DNA of 64,000 bases. Origin: Bdellovibrionales bacterium. Its GTDB lineage: Bacteria; Bdellovibrionota; Bdellovibrionia; Bdellovibrionales; UBA1609. The number at the start of each line of letters is the position of its first letter. The first letter of the stretch is position 1. The notes under the pieces were generated by a model. It saw only the letters and a program-made list of their open reading frames with translations, made no database searches and was not told the origin of the DNA. Below are positions 9,932 to 19,999 of the stretch, piece by piece. The stretch spans positions 1-64,000 of the forward strand of contig JAWLHR010000012.1 in NCBI GenBank assembly GCA_041690295.1, written 5' to 3'. The position numbers were made by a program, and so were the translations under genes.

Positions 9932-10072
9932 GCGCGAACAAAGCGAATTCTCGGACGATCGACTAGAGCCATTCAGAGCGAAGGTCGGGAGCCGAGCCCG
10001 ACTAGCGCGATGTACAATGGGCGCCCTTTGTACATCGCGGCAAGCGAGAGGTTGGGTCACCGAAGTTCGCGC
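9932..10072. repeat. structured intergenic element with nested inverted repeats (possible ncRNA or MITE/REP-like element)
   Basis: Outer IR GCGCGAAC (9932-9939) / GTTCGCGC (10065-10072). Hairpin GTCGGG/CCCGAC (9984-10002). 12-bp perfect stem CGCGATGTACAA/TTGTACATCGCG (10006-10039). Confidence 0.55.
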
Positions 10073-10114
10073 TGGACCGGCAATACGGCTTCCGTTAAAT
10101 TGTTCCTCTCGATT

Positions 10115-10190
<76 letters not shown>

Positions 10191-10206
10191 AATTCAATGA
10201 TATAAC

Positions 10207-11025
10207 TTAAAGTTCAATCGTGAAATCGAGGATGCCCCGCACGGAGTCGCGGACCTCGTGCAACTGGAAATTCATCCCATTTGTCTTTGTGCAGCCCAAA
10301 CCGATCATGAAGAGATCGGTATCTGCCAGCATGACGGTGAGTCTGCGTCGACCCGAGTGAGTCGTCTCCTCTTTGTGAACAACTTTGAACTCCGCACCCT
10401 GGTGTATGCGTTGTGAAATCAGGCTATTGGAAGAACTGGAAATCAAAAAACAAATCGAGGCACCGTTGATGATCTCATCCGGAAAATCCGTGACCCGCCC
10501 TAACCGACCATTGACCATGACCGTCTCAGGGTCTTCAAGCAGCCGCTTAACCTTTCCGGCATCGAGAACGTTCATTTTAAGCTTATTAACCGGGATTTCC
10601 CCGAGCCGCTCCGAACGCTCGGGTTGGGGAATGGGAGCCGATGGACCGGGCGTGCTCGGCGCACCCGGTTGGGTCGCGAGATACTCCGAGACTCGATCAC
10701 AAAGGTCTTTATGATCATAAGTTGAAATGGTTGTTACCTTACGATTCACCTCAGCCCGGCAGCTCGTTGACGGATAAGTATTGAACAGTTTCACACAGGC
10801 GTTTTTGACGTGTTGAAGTGCGTCCCGCTTTTGATATTCGGAATAGGTGTTTCCGGGTTGCAAATACGGAAGCGCCGCCTGGGCCAAATAACTCACACTG
10901 TTATAGTGGTCCACGTAATTCTGGGTGCAGTTTCCGTTCGCGTGCACACCACTTTTATCTTTATCATCTCTCGCACAGCCTGAAAGGATGATGGACACGG
11001 CCAACAGCACAGAACCTAATTTCAT
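10207..11025 (-). CDS. hypothetical lipoprotein (Cys-containing N domain, Pro-rich linker)
   Basis: Lipobox ILSGC; GGAG before ATG 11025; 'QPGAPSTPGPSAPIPQP' linker. Confidence 0.7.
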   Translation of the reverse strand: MKLGSVLLAVSIILSGCARDDKDKSGVHANGNCTQNYVDHYNSVSYLAQAALPYLQPGNTYSEYQKRDALQHVKNACVKLFNTYPSTSCRAEVNRKVTTISTYDHKDLCDRVSEYLATQPGAPSTPGPSAPIPQPERSERLGEIPVNKLKMNVLDAGKVKRLLEDPETVMVNGRLGRVTDFPDEIINGASICFLISSSSNSLISQRIHQGAEFKVVHKEETTHSGRRRLTVMLADTDLFMIGLGCTKTNGMNFQLHEVRDSVRGILDFTIEL

Positions 11026-11231
11026 GAACGACACTCCATTTCCTTAGAAAAAAGAAGCCGAACTTATAAACTTAAAATTTAGTGCTGAAAAGAACCCGGT
11101 AATAAATCATTGGACTCGACTGAAAAGATTACTTTGCCGGACACCAATGGCCAATATCCCGCCAAACCCGCCCTTAAAGGATGTAAATTTTCGATAGGTC
11201 GACCACGATCAACTGTGAGATAAGTCCAAGC

Positions 11232-11705
11232 ATGGTTCGTCTGATTCTCTCGACGGCAATTTACATCTTCGCCAGCCTTCCCGCCTCCGCGGCCTTCCCT
11301 TGTGAACGATTGATCGGGAAATATGAATGTTCGAACGTGGCGACCCCATCCCCGTTCCTCCTACTGATCTATGGGATCGAATTGTCTGGCCAACCGGGAT
11401 TTATCGTCCAGCTCGAACACACCCAGAATCAGTTTCTCAATAATGGGAGAGATTACATTCAAAGTGATACCCCGAAGGCGCTTCAAGTGGCCCGAGGCCG
11501 ATGCATTGAGCATGAACACACATTGTTCATCACGGAACATATACTCGACCGCCCGTCGAATCTCCAGTTCCGGCTGGTTAAACGCATCCAGAGTCGCAAT
11601 GAAGATGGGTCATTGGTGGAGTATGAACTTCAATTTTCATCGCGATCGGGCGCGACACCTTGGTCGAAGCCGGCCCCCGAAGTGTACTTTTGCTTTCGTA
11701 AGTAA
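11232..11705 (+). CDS. hypothetical secreted protein
   Basis: Signal peptide ending PASA; 157 aa; no family recognised. Confidence 0.6.
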   Translation: MVRLILSTAIYIFASLPASAAFPCERLIGKYECSNVATPSPFLLLIYGIELSGQPGFIVQLEHTQNQFLNNGRDYIQSDTPKALQVARGRCIEHEHTLFITEHILDRPSNLQFRLVKRIQSRNEDGSLVEYELQFSSRSGATPWSKPAPEVYFCFRK

Positions 11706-11711
11706 GCTTCC

Positions 11712-12260
11712 CTATTTGATCACGCGAAGCTCGGTTTGAATGTCCATGCCGGGATAAGAAAAGGCATAGGTCTTTTCCCATTTTTTAATCCCGATCAACC
11801 GGGCGATCCACTTACCGATGACATTCCTTAACGATTTACCGAAGGTCACATTGGAATTGATCAATTCAAAAGCGCCACATTGGGCCGCCAGATATTGGCC
11901 CGGCAGGAACGACGTGTACCATTGGGCGGACAAATGCCGCACATGGGTTGGATCGGTCCAGGAATTGACCGACGAAAAATGCGGGGTCTCGATCACCAGG
12001 CGCGCCCCACTGGCTGAAATGCGATGGATTTCCCGCATGAAGGCGGCCACATCGGCGACGTGCTCAATGATGTGGCGACAGTAAATCTCGGTAAAACTGT
12101 TATCAGGCAATGCCCAGGGAAACTTGTTCAGGTCCATGACCTGATCGACCCCGGGATAAGGGTAAATGTCCACCCCGAACGCACCCGGTGTTTTCTTGCT
12201 GCCACAGCCAAGGTCCAACCGGCTTGGCCGACTACCGTTCGTCTGCCGCTCTAACTCCAC
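11712..12260 (-). CDS. class I SAM-dependent methyltransferase
   Basis: 'LDLGCG' motif I, 'HIIEHV', 'EIHRI', 'DPTH'. Confidence 0.88.
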   Translation of the reverse strand: MELERQTNGSRPSRLDLGCGSKKTPGAFGVDIYPYPGVDQVMDLNKFPWALPDNSFTEIYCRHIIEHVADVAAFMREIHRISASGARLVIETPHFSSVNSWTDPTHVRHLSAQWYTSFLPGQYLAAQCGAFELINSNVTFGKSLRNVIGKWIARLIGIKKWEKTYAFSYPGMDIQTELRVIK

Positions 12261-12321
12261 ACTGACCCGCCTTTATTATGCACTTGAAGCCGCCGACGAT
12301 ATCCCGGGATTCGACCGGAAA

Positions 12322-13263
12322 TCAATCCCGGGTTTTCGCGACATACCAGGAGCTGAGACCAGCCGTCACCAATATGGAGAAAACCACCAACAAGGAAACC
12401 CAGCTTGGGATTTTCACCAAATCCAGAAGCAGCATCTTGATCCCAATAAAGCCCAACACCGCCGCCAGGCCCGGCTTCAGGTAGCGAAGCTTGCCCACCC
12501 AATCGGCCAAAACGAAATAGAGGGCCCTTAAGCCGAGAATCGCCAAAATATTGGAAGCGAACGCCACGAAAGCATCTTGAGTCACCGCGAAGACGGCTGG
12601 GATCGAGTCCACCGCGAAGATGAAGTCGGTCACCTCAATGACCACTAAAGCCAGAAACAGCGGTGTCGCCTTCAGCACCCCGTTTTCCACGATAAAAAAC
12701 CGATTCCCATGAAAAGCCGAGGTGGTAGGCACGAATCGTCCAAGTAAACGAAGTGATTTGTTCTCGTGAACGTCGATCTCTTTATCCGTGTCGCGGATGA
12801 ATTTTATGGCCGTCACCACCAAGATCCCGCCGAACAAGTACAGCACCCAATGGAACATGTTTATAATCTGGGCACCGAGAATAATAAAAAAGGCCCGCAT
12901 AACGATGGCCCCTAGGACACCAAAGAAAAGGATGCGGTGTTGATTTTGGGCGGGAATTTTAAACGAACTGAAAATCAACAGAATCACAAAGAGGTTGTCG
13001 ACGCTTAAGCTTTTTTCAACCAAATAGCCAGTGAGGAATTCAACACCAAGCCCACTGCCGTACTCGCCCGCGAACCAAGCGTTAAAAACGAGCGCCACCA
13101 GAATCCAAACACCGCTTTCCACCAAAGCGGCCTTGCGTGAAATCTTATGATCTCCCCGACCGAAAAGACTCAGGTCAATCGCGAGCAGAACCAATACGCC
13201 AATCGAAAAAGCCACCCAGAGCCAGGTCGGCACCACGGTTATGTTTGAAATCAGATGTTCCAT
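12322..13263 (-). CDS. terC: TerC/Alx family membrane protein
   Basis: 'GYLVEKSLSVDNLFV', 'DFIFAVDSIPAVFAVT', 'SNILAILGLRALYF' signature motifs. Confidence 0.92.
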   Translation of the reverse strand: MEHLISNITVVPTWLWVAFSIGVLVLLAIDLSLFGRGDHKISRKAALVESGVWILVALVFNAWFAGEYGSGLGVEFLTGYLVEKSLSVDNLFVILLIFSSFKIPAQNQHRILFFGVLGAIVMRAFFIILGAQIINMFHWVLYLFGGILVVTAIKFIRDTDKEIDVHENKSLRLLGRFVPTTSAFHGNRFFIVENGVLKATPLFLALVVIEVTDFIFAVDSIPAVFAVTQDAFVAFASNILAILGLRALYFVLADWVGKLRYLKPGLAAVLGFIGIKMLLLDLVKIPSWVSLLVVFSILVTAGLSSWYVAKTRD

Positions 13264-13509
13264 AAAGATGCCCACTCTAGCCGGGACGGTTCGCCGAGGA
13301 TATATTAAATTTTTTTAACTCACTCGACGGGTTATGCCGAAAATCACATCACTTCCAAGGTTTGACTTGTTTTGAGACCACGGGCCAAAATAACCCTTTT
13401 CTAATGTGACAAATTGTCAATCGGATGAGTATCGCAAGGCTGATTCCGCGCTCGCCCTGGTTGGGAGTTTGCACGCACGAAAACGAGACACCAAACGAGG
13501 AGAGCAGGT

Positions 13510-14949
13510 ATGATCATAAGGGGGATAGTCGCTATTTTACTGTCGGTCAGCTTTACTGCGTGCAAAAAATCATCGGGCCCGGATTTGCCGGAAATCAAAG
13601 GGGAAGAAACCGCCGTGTTAACGGACGCCCCCGAAGTTCCGCCGCCCATCACGCGAAAGCATGCGACGAAAGTCATAGTCAATCTTGAAACCCGTGAATT
13701 GCGAGCGCGACTCGCCGATGGCGTGGACTATACGTTTTGGACTTTCGGTGGCAAGGTGCCCGGCAAGTTCATCCGGATCCGCGAAGGCGATTTGGTTGAG
13801 TTCCGGCTGCATAATCACCCCTCAAGTAAGATGCCCCACAATATCGACTTGCACGCCGTGACCGGTCCGGGCGGTGGTGCCGCGGCTTCGTTCACTTCGC
13901 CGGGACATTCTTCCCACTTCTCGTTCCGAGCGCTGAACCCGGGTCTTTATGTCTACCATTGCGCCACGGCTCCCGTCGGTATGCACGTCGCCAACGGCAT
14001 GTATGGATTGATCCTGGTCGAACCCAAGGAAGGTCTGCCCAAGGTGGATAGAGAATACTACATCATGCAGAGCGAATTTTACGTTAAGGGCAAATACGGT
14101 CAGCCGGGTCTTCAACCCTTCAGCATGGAAAAAGCCATTGAAGAAAAACCGGATTATGTCGTCTTCAACGGCGCCGTGGGCGCTTTGACCGGCGACAATG
14201 CCATACAGGCGAAAACCGGCGAAACAATCCGCCTCTTCGTGGGTAACGGCGGTCCGAACTTGGTTTCCTCGTTTCACGTGATCGGAGAAATCTTTGATCA
14301 GGTTTATGGCGAAGGTGGAGTGATCCCCAATCAGAAACATGTTCAGACCACTCTCATCCCCGCCGGCGGCGCGGTCACTGTGGAATTCAAATTGGATGTG
14401 CCGGGAACTTATATTCTGGTCGACCACTCTATTTTCCGCGCCTTCAATAAAGGTGCTCTGGCCCAAATCAAGGCCGACGGACCGGAAAACCTGAATATTT
14501 ACTCAGGCAAAACCAAAGACGAAATTTACCTGCTTGAAGGTTCGAACATCCAAACTCTGGCGGAGAGCGCACCGAAAGCGCCTCACGCACAAAACAAAGA
14601 GCAACGGGTCACGTTCGGCGCGCGGGTTTACAAGCAGAACTGCTTAGCCTGTCACCAGGAAAATGGACAAGGTATCGAAGGCGCGTTTCCGCCGCTCGCC
14701 AAATCCGATTATCTGAAGAACAAGGATAAGGCGATCGAAGCCGTCGTGAACGGCTTGAGCGGAAAAATTATCGTGAATGGTAAGGAATACAACGGTGTCA
14801 TGCCGGCTTGGGAATTGTCCGACGAAGATGTGGCCAACGTCCTCACCTACGTTTACAACAGTTGGGGTAATGATGGCTCAGTCGTCACCAATGCCGACGT
14901 GCAACGAATTCGCAAGACCGTTCCCAAGAAAGAACTCGTGGTTCATTAA
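13510..14949 (+). CDS. nirK: copper-containing nitrite reductase with C-terminal cytochrome c domain, lipoprotein
   Basis: 'PHNIDLHAV', 'YHCAT.PV..H..NGMYG', '[11 protein letters not shown]', 'LVDHS'; C-terminal CLACH heme motif and 'GVMP' axial Met; lipobox SFTAC. Confidence 0.95.
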   Translation: MIIRGIVAILLSVSFTACKKSSGPDLPEIKGEETAVLTDAPEVPPPITRKHATKVIVNLETRELRARLADGVDYTFWTFGGKVPGKFIRIREGDLVEFRLHNHPSSKMPHNIDLHAVTGPGGGAAASFTSPGHSSHFSFRALNPGLYVYHCATAPVGMHVANGMYGLILVEPKEGLPKVDREYYIMQSEFYVKGKYGQPGLQPFSMEKAIEEKPDYVVFNGAVGALTGDNAIQAKTGETIRLFVGNGGPNLVSSFHVIGEIFDQVYGEGGVIPNQKHVQTTLIPAGGAVTVEFKLDVPGTYILVDHSIFRAFNKGALAQIKADGPENLNIYSGKTKDEIYLLEGSNIQTLAESAPKAPHAQNKEQRVTFGARVYKQNCLACHQENGQGIEGAFPPLAKSDYLKNKDKAIEAVVNGLSGKIIVNGKEYNGVMPAWELSDEDVANVLTYVYNSWGNDGSVVTNADVQRIRKTVPKKELVVH

Positions 14950-14950
14950 T

Positions 14951-15730
14951 ATGAGCGCCGGGATTTTCCTAGTACTCATAGGGCTTGCGGGCGGAATCGC
15001 AACCGCCCAAAGCCCGCAATGGATCAAAATTCCCGGCGGAACCTACAAACCCCTGATCACACCCAGTGACGCTGATCCTAAAAACCGCGCCAAGATTCCT
15101 CAGCGATCCGTGGACGCTTTTGAAGTCCGCGAGACTTCGGTGACCAACGCCGAGTTTCTAAGCTTCGTTAAAAAGAACCCGGAATGGCGTCGCGACAAAA
15201 TTAAGGGAGTTTTCGCCGATGACCGCTACCTCAAGCATTGGAAGAGCGCCACGGATATCGGCGATCCAAAACTCCTTAACGAACCGGTGGTGAATGTTTC
15301 GTGGTTCGCGGCCAAAGCCTTTTGCGGGTCGCAGCACGCGCGACTCCCCACGACGGATGAGTGGGAGTATTTGGCCAGCCGCGAGGATTCCGCAAAACTC
15401 AATAAAGTGATATTGAAATGGTATTCCCGCCCGGCCGATGGTTCCGACACTCCGACCGGTACGGTTTACATCGGAAAAGATGGAGTCAAAGACATGGTCG
15501 GAAAAATTTGGGAATGGACCTCGGACTTCAACTCTTCGTTCGTCACCGGTGAGTCGCGCGAGGATATGAGTTTGTCCCGGTCGCTTTTCTGCGGTTCGGG
15601 TTCGATCGGATCCGCCGATCCCAGTGATTACGCCACCTTCATGCGCTTTGCGTTCAGGTCCAGCCTCAAAGCCAGATACACCCAACCCACACTGGGCTTT
15701 CGCTGCGCCAGAAATGTGAGGTCACAATGA
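14951..15730 (+). CDS. nirV: formylglycine-generating-enzyme (SUMF1/NirV) family protein
   Basis: 'VTNAEF', 'PVVNVSW..A..FC....RLPT..EWE', 'G.IWEW', 'GFRCA'. Directly downstream of nirK; start refined to ATG 14951. Confidence 0.85.
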   Translation: MSAGIFLVLIGLAGGIATAQSPQWIKIPGGTYKPLITPSDADPKNRAKIPQRSVDAFEVRETSVTNAEFLSFVKKNPEWRRDKIKGVFADDRYLKHWKSATDIGDPKLLNEPVVNVSWFAAKAFCGSQHARLPTTDEWEYLASREDSAKLNKVILKWYSRPADGSDTPTGTVYIGKDGVKDMVGKIWEWTSDFNSSFVTGESREDMSLSRSLFCGSGSIGSADPSDYATFMRFAFRSSLKARYTQPTLGFRCARNVRSQ

Positions 15731-16296
15731 GACTAATATACCTAATTCTTGGGTTCGCGCTTTCCGCCTCGGCGAGCACGGCGGAGTTTCCTGGTGAGTC
15801 GCTGTTTCACCTTAAGGACCAGTGGATCGATGCCGAAGGAAAGCCCGCTCAATTAAGCGACCTCAATGGTTCCGTCACCGCGGTGGCGATCGTGTACACC
15901 TCGTGTGAATACTCTTGTCCGCTGATCGTTGAGGAGCTTAAACAGGTTCGGTCCAAGATCGCCAAAAAACATTTATCCAAAGTCAAATTCGCTCTCTTCA
16001 GCATGGATCCGGAACGGGACACGCCCGCGGCTCTCAAGAAATATATTGAAAAACGAAAACTGGATCCGTCGTTCTGGCTCTTTTACACCGCCAAGGATGA
16101 TGAGCCGGTGCGAACGCTTTCGGCCGTGCTCGGAGTTAGCTTCAAAAAAGTGGGGAAAGACTTCGCCCATTCCAATCAAATCACGATCATTGGTCCGGAT
16201 GGGTTGGTCCTGTTCACCAAACCGAAAATCGGTCAGCAAGTGGAGGAAACCGCGGAAGCCATCAATAAAGCCGCGGCCAAGCTGGGGAAAAAATGA
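15727..16296 (+). CDS. SCO1/SenC family copper chaperone
   Basis: 'YTSCEYSCP' CxxxC, 'SMDPERDTP', 'HSN'; ATGA overlap with the upstream gene. Confidence 0.92.
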   Translation: MRLIYLILGFALSASASTAEFPGESLFHLKDQWIDAEGKPAQLSDLNGSVTAVAIVYTSCEYSCPLIVEELKQVRSKIAKKHLSKVKFALFSMDPERDTPAALKKYIEKRKLDPSFWLFYTAKDDEPVRTLSAVLGVSFKKVGKDFAHSNQITIIGPDGLVLFTKPKIGQQVEETAEAINKAAAKLGKK

Positions 16297-17456
16297 AAGA
16301 AGTGAAGGATCCATTCCGTATTTTCTTTCCCCTGGGCGCGGTCTTGGGGGCAGTCGGAGTGGGACCTTGGGTCTTACATATTTTCCAGAGCGCGGGTTAC
16401 CCGCTTGAGTTCCATCGCTCTTTGATGATGAACGGTTTTATGCTGTCCTTTGTTTGCGGCTTTCTGATGACAGCGATCCCCCGATTCACCGCCACTGGTT
16501 TCGCCAGGGTTAGTGAAGTCTTCACGGCCATGGTTTTAATTTTGCTTGCCGGGTTTTTCGCCGCCGTCGATCGAGTGGGCTGGCATTATTTGGCGGCCGC
16601 TGGCGCGCTAATCACACTGATCTTTTTCGCCGTTCGACGGTTCAAACATCGCAAAGCCAATCCACCTTTCACCTTTGTTTTCCTCGGCATCGGCCTCATC
16701 CTCTGGACGTTGGCGAATTTCATGCTTTTTCTCGCGTACGAAGGAATTCTTGAAATTTCCACGATGATTTGGCGGGATCTCGTTTCCAGCGGCGCGCTGA
16801 TGGCCATTGTTTTGGGTGTGGGCGGACGGTTAATCCCCGGAATCATGGGCTGGCAGGAAATCGTTCACCACCAAAGAAACATTTATGAACCGGCGGAATC
16901 TTTTATCGTCGCGGTACCGCGCGCGATCTGGCTGGCGGTGGGCATTTATCTGATTTCTTTTGTTCTGCCATTGATTCCCGTCAACCCGTGGGTCACCCAC
17001 TTTCTTCGCGCTTTGGTGATCGGATTTTTTGCTCTCCAGTATTGGAAACTCCACAAATTTCCCAAAACACGAAGCTACCTGACCTGGGGGATTTGGCTGT
17101 CCTGTTGGAGCCTACTTTTCGGTTCGATTTTGAATATTTTCTGGGCGACGCCCCACTCCTTACACGCGATTTTGGTCGGCGGATTCAGTCTTTTAACTCT
17201 CCTTGTGGCCACGCGGGTGACGCTGGCCCACGGCGGAAGCGGCTTGGATCTCGAAAAGACCTCGCGATTAATCCCTGTTTTTACGTTTTTCATCATTTTA
17301 GCGATGCTGACTCGGGTGACCGCTATTTTATGGCCGGCGATTTATTTTAAACATCTTGGATACGCGTCCGTCTGTTGGATTCTGGGTCTTGTTTTTTGGT
17401 TGATGTTAACCGGCCCTAAATTTCCCCGAATTGAATTTTCACGGAATTTGTCGTAA
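16293..17456 (+). CDS. nnrS: NnrS family heme-copper membrane protein (NO stress)
   Basis: 'PFRIFFP', 'H..LM..GF', 'GFLMTAIPRF', 'RVTLAHGG'; multiple TMs; last gene of the nirK operon. Confidence 0.9.
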   Translation: MKEVKDPFRIFFPLGAVLGAVGVGPWVLHIFQSAGYPLEFHRSLMMNGFMLSFVCGFLMTAIPRFTATGFARVSEVFTAMVLILLAGFFAAVDRVGWHYLAAAGALITLIFFAVRRFKHRKANPPFTFVFLGIGLILWTLANFMLFLAYEGILEISTMIWRDLVSSGALMAIVLGVGGRLIPGIMGWQEIVHHQRNIYEPAESFIVAVPRAIWLAVGIYLISFVLPLIPVNPWVTHFLRALVIGFFALQYWKLHKFPKTRSYLTWGIWLSCWSLLFGSILNIFWATPHSLHAILVGGFSLLTLLVATRVTLAHGGSGLDLEKTSRLIPVFTFFIILAMLTRVTAILWPAIYFKHLGYASVCWILGLVFWLMLTGPKFPRIEFSRNLS

Positions 17457-17603
17457 TCTTCTTTTTATGCGTAATCTCGCGAAAGTATCGGCATTAAGAG
17501 ATCCTGTCTTTCTTTGATCAATGCGATCCGATCGGATCGGATCGCTTGTCTGACCTGAATCCGTAAAAGATTAACCCGGTTATTTGACCAAGGAGTGTTA
17601 GAC

Positions 17604-18530
17604 ATGACCACAGCTGTAATGGCAGTGGATGCCGCTCGCATTAATAAATTTCGCTTGGAGGACATAAGCTTAAGCTTATTGAACCTCAAAGAACACGGAG
17701 CTATTCAAGACATTCATGTTGTCTCCATCATTCATCCGGACAGCTACGCCCTGCCCTATTCCGTGTTCCGCAATGAAAAAAAAGAACTTGTCGCGCGCGC
17801 GAAATCGGAATTGCGGCAAGCTTTGGACGACCGTTTGAAACCCGCATCGCTGGAAGTTCTGGCGACCGATAGCCAAAGTGTGGAGCAATTCGTGAAACTG
17901 GTCACTCACCATGGCCGCCGGTTGGAAGCGGATTTGTTTGTGGCGGGTTCCAGCGGAAAATCCGCGTTTTCCTATCTCTTTGAAGGCAGTTTCACTGAAA
18001 CCGCCGCTTTAAACACTCCGATGCCTGTTCTCGTGTTGGGCCCGGGCTCGGGACATGTGCGCTTTCAAAAACGAGCTAAACTTTTGCTGGTTTTGTGCTC
18101 ATCCAGCCTGCCGTCGGTGAAATCGCGAATGTGGGTCGCAGATCTGGCCAGATCCCTTAAATCCGAGCTCAAACTCGCCACGGTCGATGATGAACGCCGT
18201 TGGTGGTCCGCGAAGCGGGTTTTAAATCCTGACACCGTTGAGTTGGTTCGCCGCGAATTCATCATGATGGGCGTTGAAAAAGTGGACATATTGACCAGTG
18301 AACCTATCTCTCCAGGTGAGGTTCCGGCCATGGCCGACACTGAAGGCGCTTTAATCACGATCTTTTGCGCTTCTCCGGCCGCCAAGCGCCGCTCGATTTT
18401 CCTGCCTTCAACTTGCGGGCGATTGATCGCGGATATGAATCGCCCATTGATGATCTTGAAGAACGCGATGAACTGCAATCAAGCCAACATCGAGCGAAGC
18501 GAGCCCAACCTTAAATCTGTCCGTTTGTGA
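17604..18530 (+). CDS. universal stress protein (tandem Usp domains, divergent)
   Basis: 'VMAVD', 'ADLFVAGSSGKS....FEGS..E.......PVLV'; AAGGAG 8 nt before ATG 17604. Confidence 0.7.
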   Translation: MTTAVMAVDAARINKFRLEDISLSLLNLKEHGAIQDIHVVSIIHPDSYALPYSVFRNEKKELVARAKSELRQALDDRLKPASLEVLATDSQSVEQFVKLVTHHGRRLEADLFVAGSSGKSAFSYLFEGSFTETAALNTPMPVLVLGPGSGHVRFQKRAKLLLVLCSSSLPSVKSRMWVADLARSLKSELKLATVDDERRWWSAKRVLNPDTVELVRREFIMMGVEKVDILTSEPISPGEVPAMADTEGALITIFCASPAAKRRSIFLPSTCGRLIADMNRPLMILKNAMNCNQANIERSEPNLKSVRL

Positions 18531-19998
18531 TCTTGGCCGCGCCGAAAATTTCTTTAAGCGCTTCAACTTGTGGCGGGCGAGCCAAACCAAGGATGCGGTC
18601 GCCGGCACTGAAGACCGTATTTCCCCGAGGGACGACGTAACGTCCGTCCCTCTCAATGCTGGTGAAGAGCACTTCGGATGGAAGATGCAGGTCCACGATC
18701 CTTTTCTCGATCGCATTCGAACCCGGTGTAACTCGCGCTTCTATGGCCACATATCCGGAAGGCAGAAATTCCGCCGGGCCCGAAATTCGTTCCTGGGGAA
18801 TGGTAAGCGAAAAGCGTTTAGCCAGCCAGGGAATGGACATCCCTTGGACCAATACCGACATAAGAACCACGAAAAACACCAGATTAAAATAATATTCCGA
18901 ATCCGGATATTCCACGGCCCAAGGCAAAGTCGCCAAGATGATGGGAGCCGCGCCACGTAAGCCCACCCATGAGATAAAAATCCGTTTTTGCGCGGAAATT
19001 CTCATGCAACACGAGGCCAACATGACACTTACAGGTCTGGCCACGATCATCATGAAGATCGAAAGAATTAATCCCTCTCTCCAAACCGAAACAAGCTTTG
19101 AGGGAAATGAAAGCAATCCGAGAGTCAAAAACACGGAGATCTGCGCGAGCCATGCGATCCCGTCATGAAAACTGAGAAGACTTCGTTTATGAATGAGATC
19201 GGTGTTGCCGAGATAAAGTCCGATCACATAAGCGGCCAAAAATCCGCTGCCGCCCACCGAAGAAATCGCCGCGAAGGCGGAAAGCACGAGCGCGACCATC
19301 AAAACGTTATAAAGCCCCTCATATTCTAGATTGATACTATTGATGATCCAGCGGATCGCAAACGCCGCCCCAAGGCCCAAGCCCACTCCGAGACCGGCCT
19401 GTTTGGCGAAAAACCAAACGAAACCTTGAAACGTATCCACCTGGCCCGAACCGAAAGCGAGAACACTGACCGTCAAGAAAATCGCGGTGGGGTCGTTGCT
19501 TCCAGCCTCGAACTCAAGTGTATTTTTGATGGTTTCTCTTAAATAAAGGCTTCGCGCACGCAAAATACTGAATACCGCCGCCGCGTCCGTGGACGACACG
19601 ATGGAGCCCAGTAAAATTCCGCCGATCAGGGGAATGCCCATGACAAAATGGGCGAACGCGCCGGTCAGCACCGCGGTGATCAAAACGCCGAAAAAAGACA
19701 AAGAAAGACTAAGCGGCAGAACCGGCCTCACCTGCCGCCAAGACGTACGCATCCCGCCATCAAAAATAATTAGCGCCAACGAGACGCTGCCGATGGCAAA
19801 GGCCAATTTATAATTGTCGAAGTCGATGCCGCCCGGACCTTCCGAGCCCGCCAACATCCCCACACCGAGAAAAATCAAGAGCGCCGGCACACCCAACGCG
19901 CTTGAAAGCTTGCTCGAAAAAATCGAAAAAATGACGAGCACCGTGATCGCGAGCAAAATAATTTCAAGGGAATGGTTTTCGAATTGAAAGCCCGGCAT
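18511..19998 (-). CDS. cvrA: K+/H+ antiporter (CvrA/NhaP2) with C-terminal TrkA-C/RCK_C domain
   Basis: 'GMLAGSEGPGGI', 'SSTDAAAVFS', 'EAGSNDP', 'WVGLRGAAPIILA', C-terminal 'VPRGNTVF.AGD'. Confidence 0.9.
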   Translation of the reverse strand: MPGFQFENHSLEIILLAITVLVIFSIFSSKLSSALGVPALLIFLGVGMLAGSEGPGGIDFDNYKLAFAIGSVSLALIIFDGGMRTSWRQVRPVLPLSLSLSFFGVLITAVLTGAFAHFVMGIPLIGGILLGSIVSSTDAAAVFSILRARSLYLRETIKNTLEFEAGSNDPTAIFLTVSVLAFGSGQVDTFQGFVWFFAKQAGLGVGLGLGAAFAIRWIINSINLEYEGLYNVLMVALVLSAFAAISSVGGSGFLAAYVIGLYLGNTDLIHKRSLLSFHDGIAWLAQISVFLTLGLLSFPSKLVSVWREGLILSIFMMIVARPVSVMLASCCMRISAQKRIFISWVGLRGAAPIILATLPWAVEYPDSEYYFNLVFFVVLMSVLVQGMSIPWLAKRFSLTIPQERISGPAEFLPSGYVAIEARVTPGSNAIEKRIVDLHLPSEVLFTSIERDGRYVVPRGNTVFSAGDRILGLARPPQVEALKEIFGAAKITNGQI

Positions 19999-19999
19999 T

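Noticed and set aside
13276..13400. yybP-ykoY (Mn2+) riboswitch upstream of terC
   Set aside because: Expected for Alx-type genes, but I could not find the GGGGAGTAG / GAGACC signature on the minus strand.
14951..15730. FGE/CLec-fold gene as a diversity-generating retroelement target
   Set aside because: No reverse transcriptase or template/variable repeat pair was seen. Its position after nirK fits NirV.
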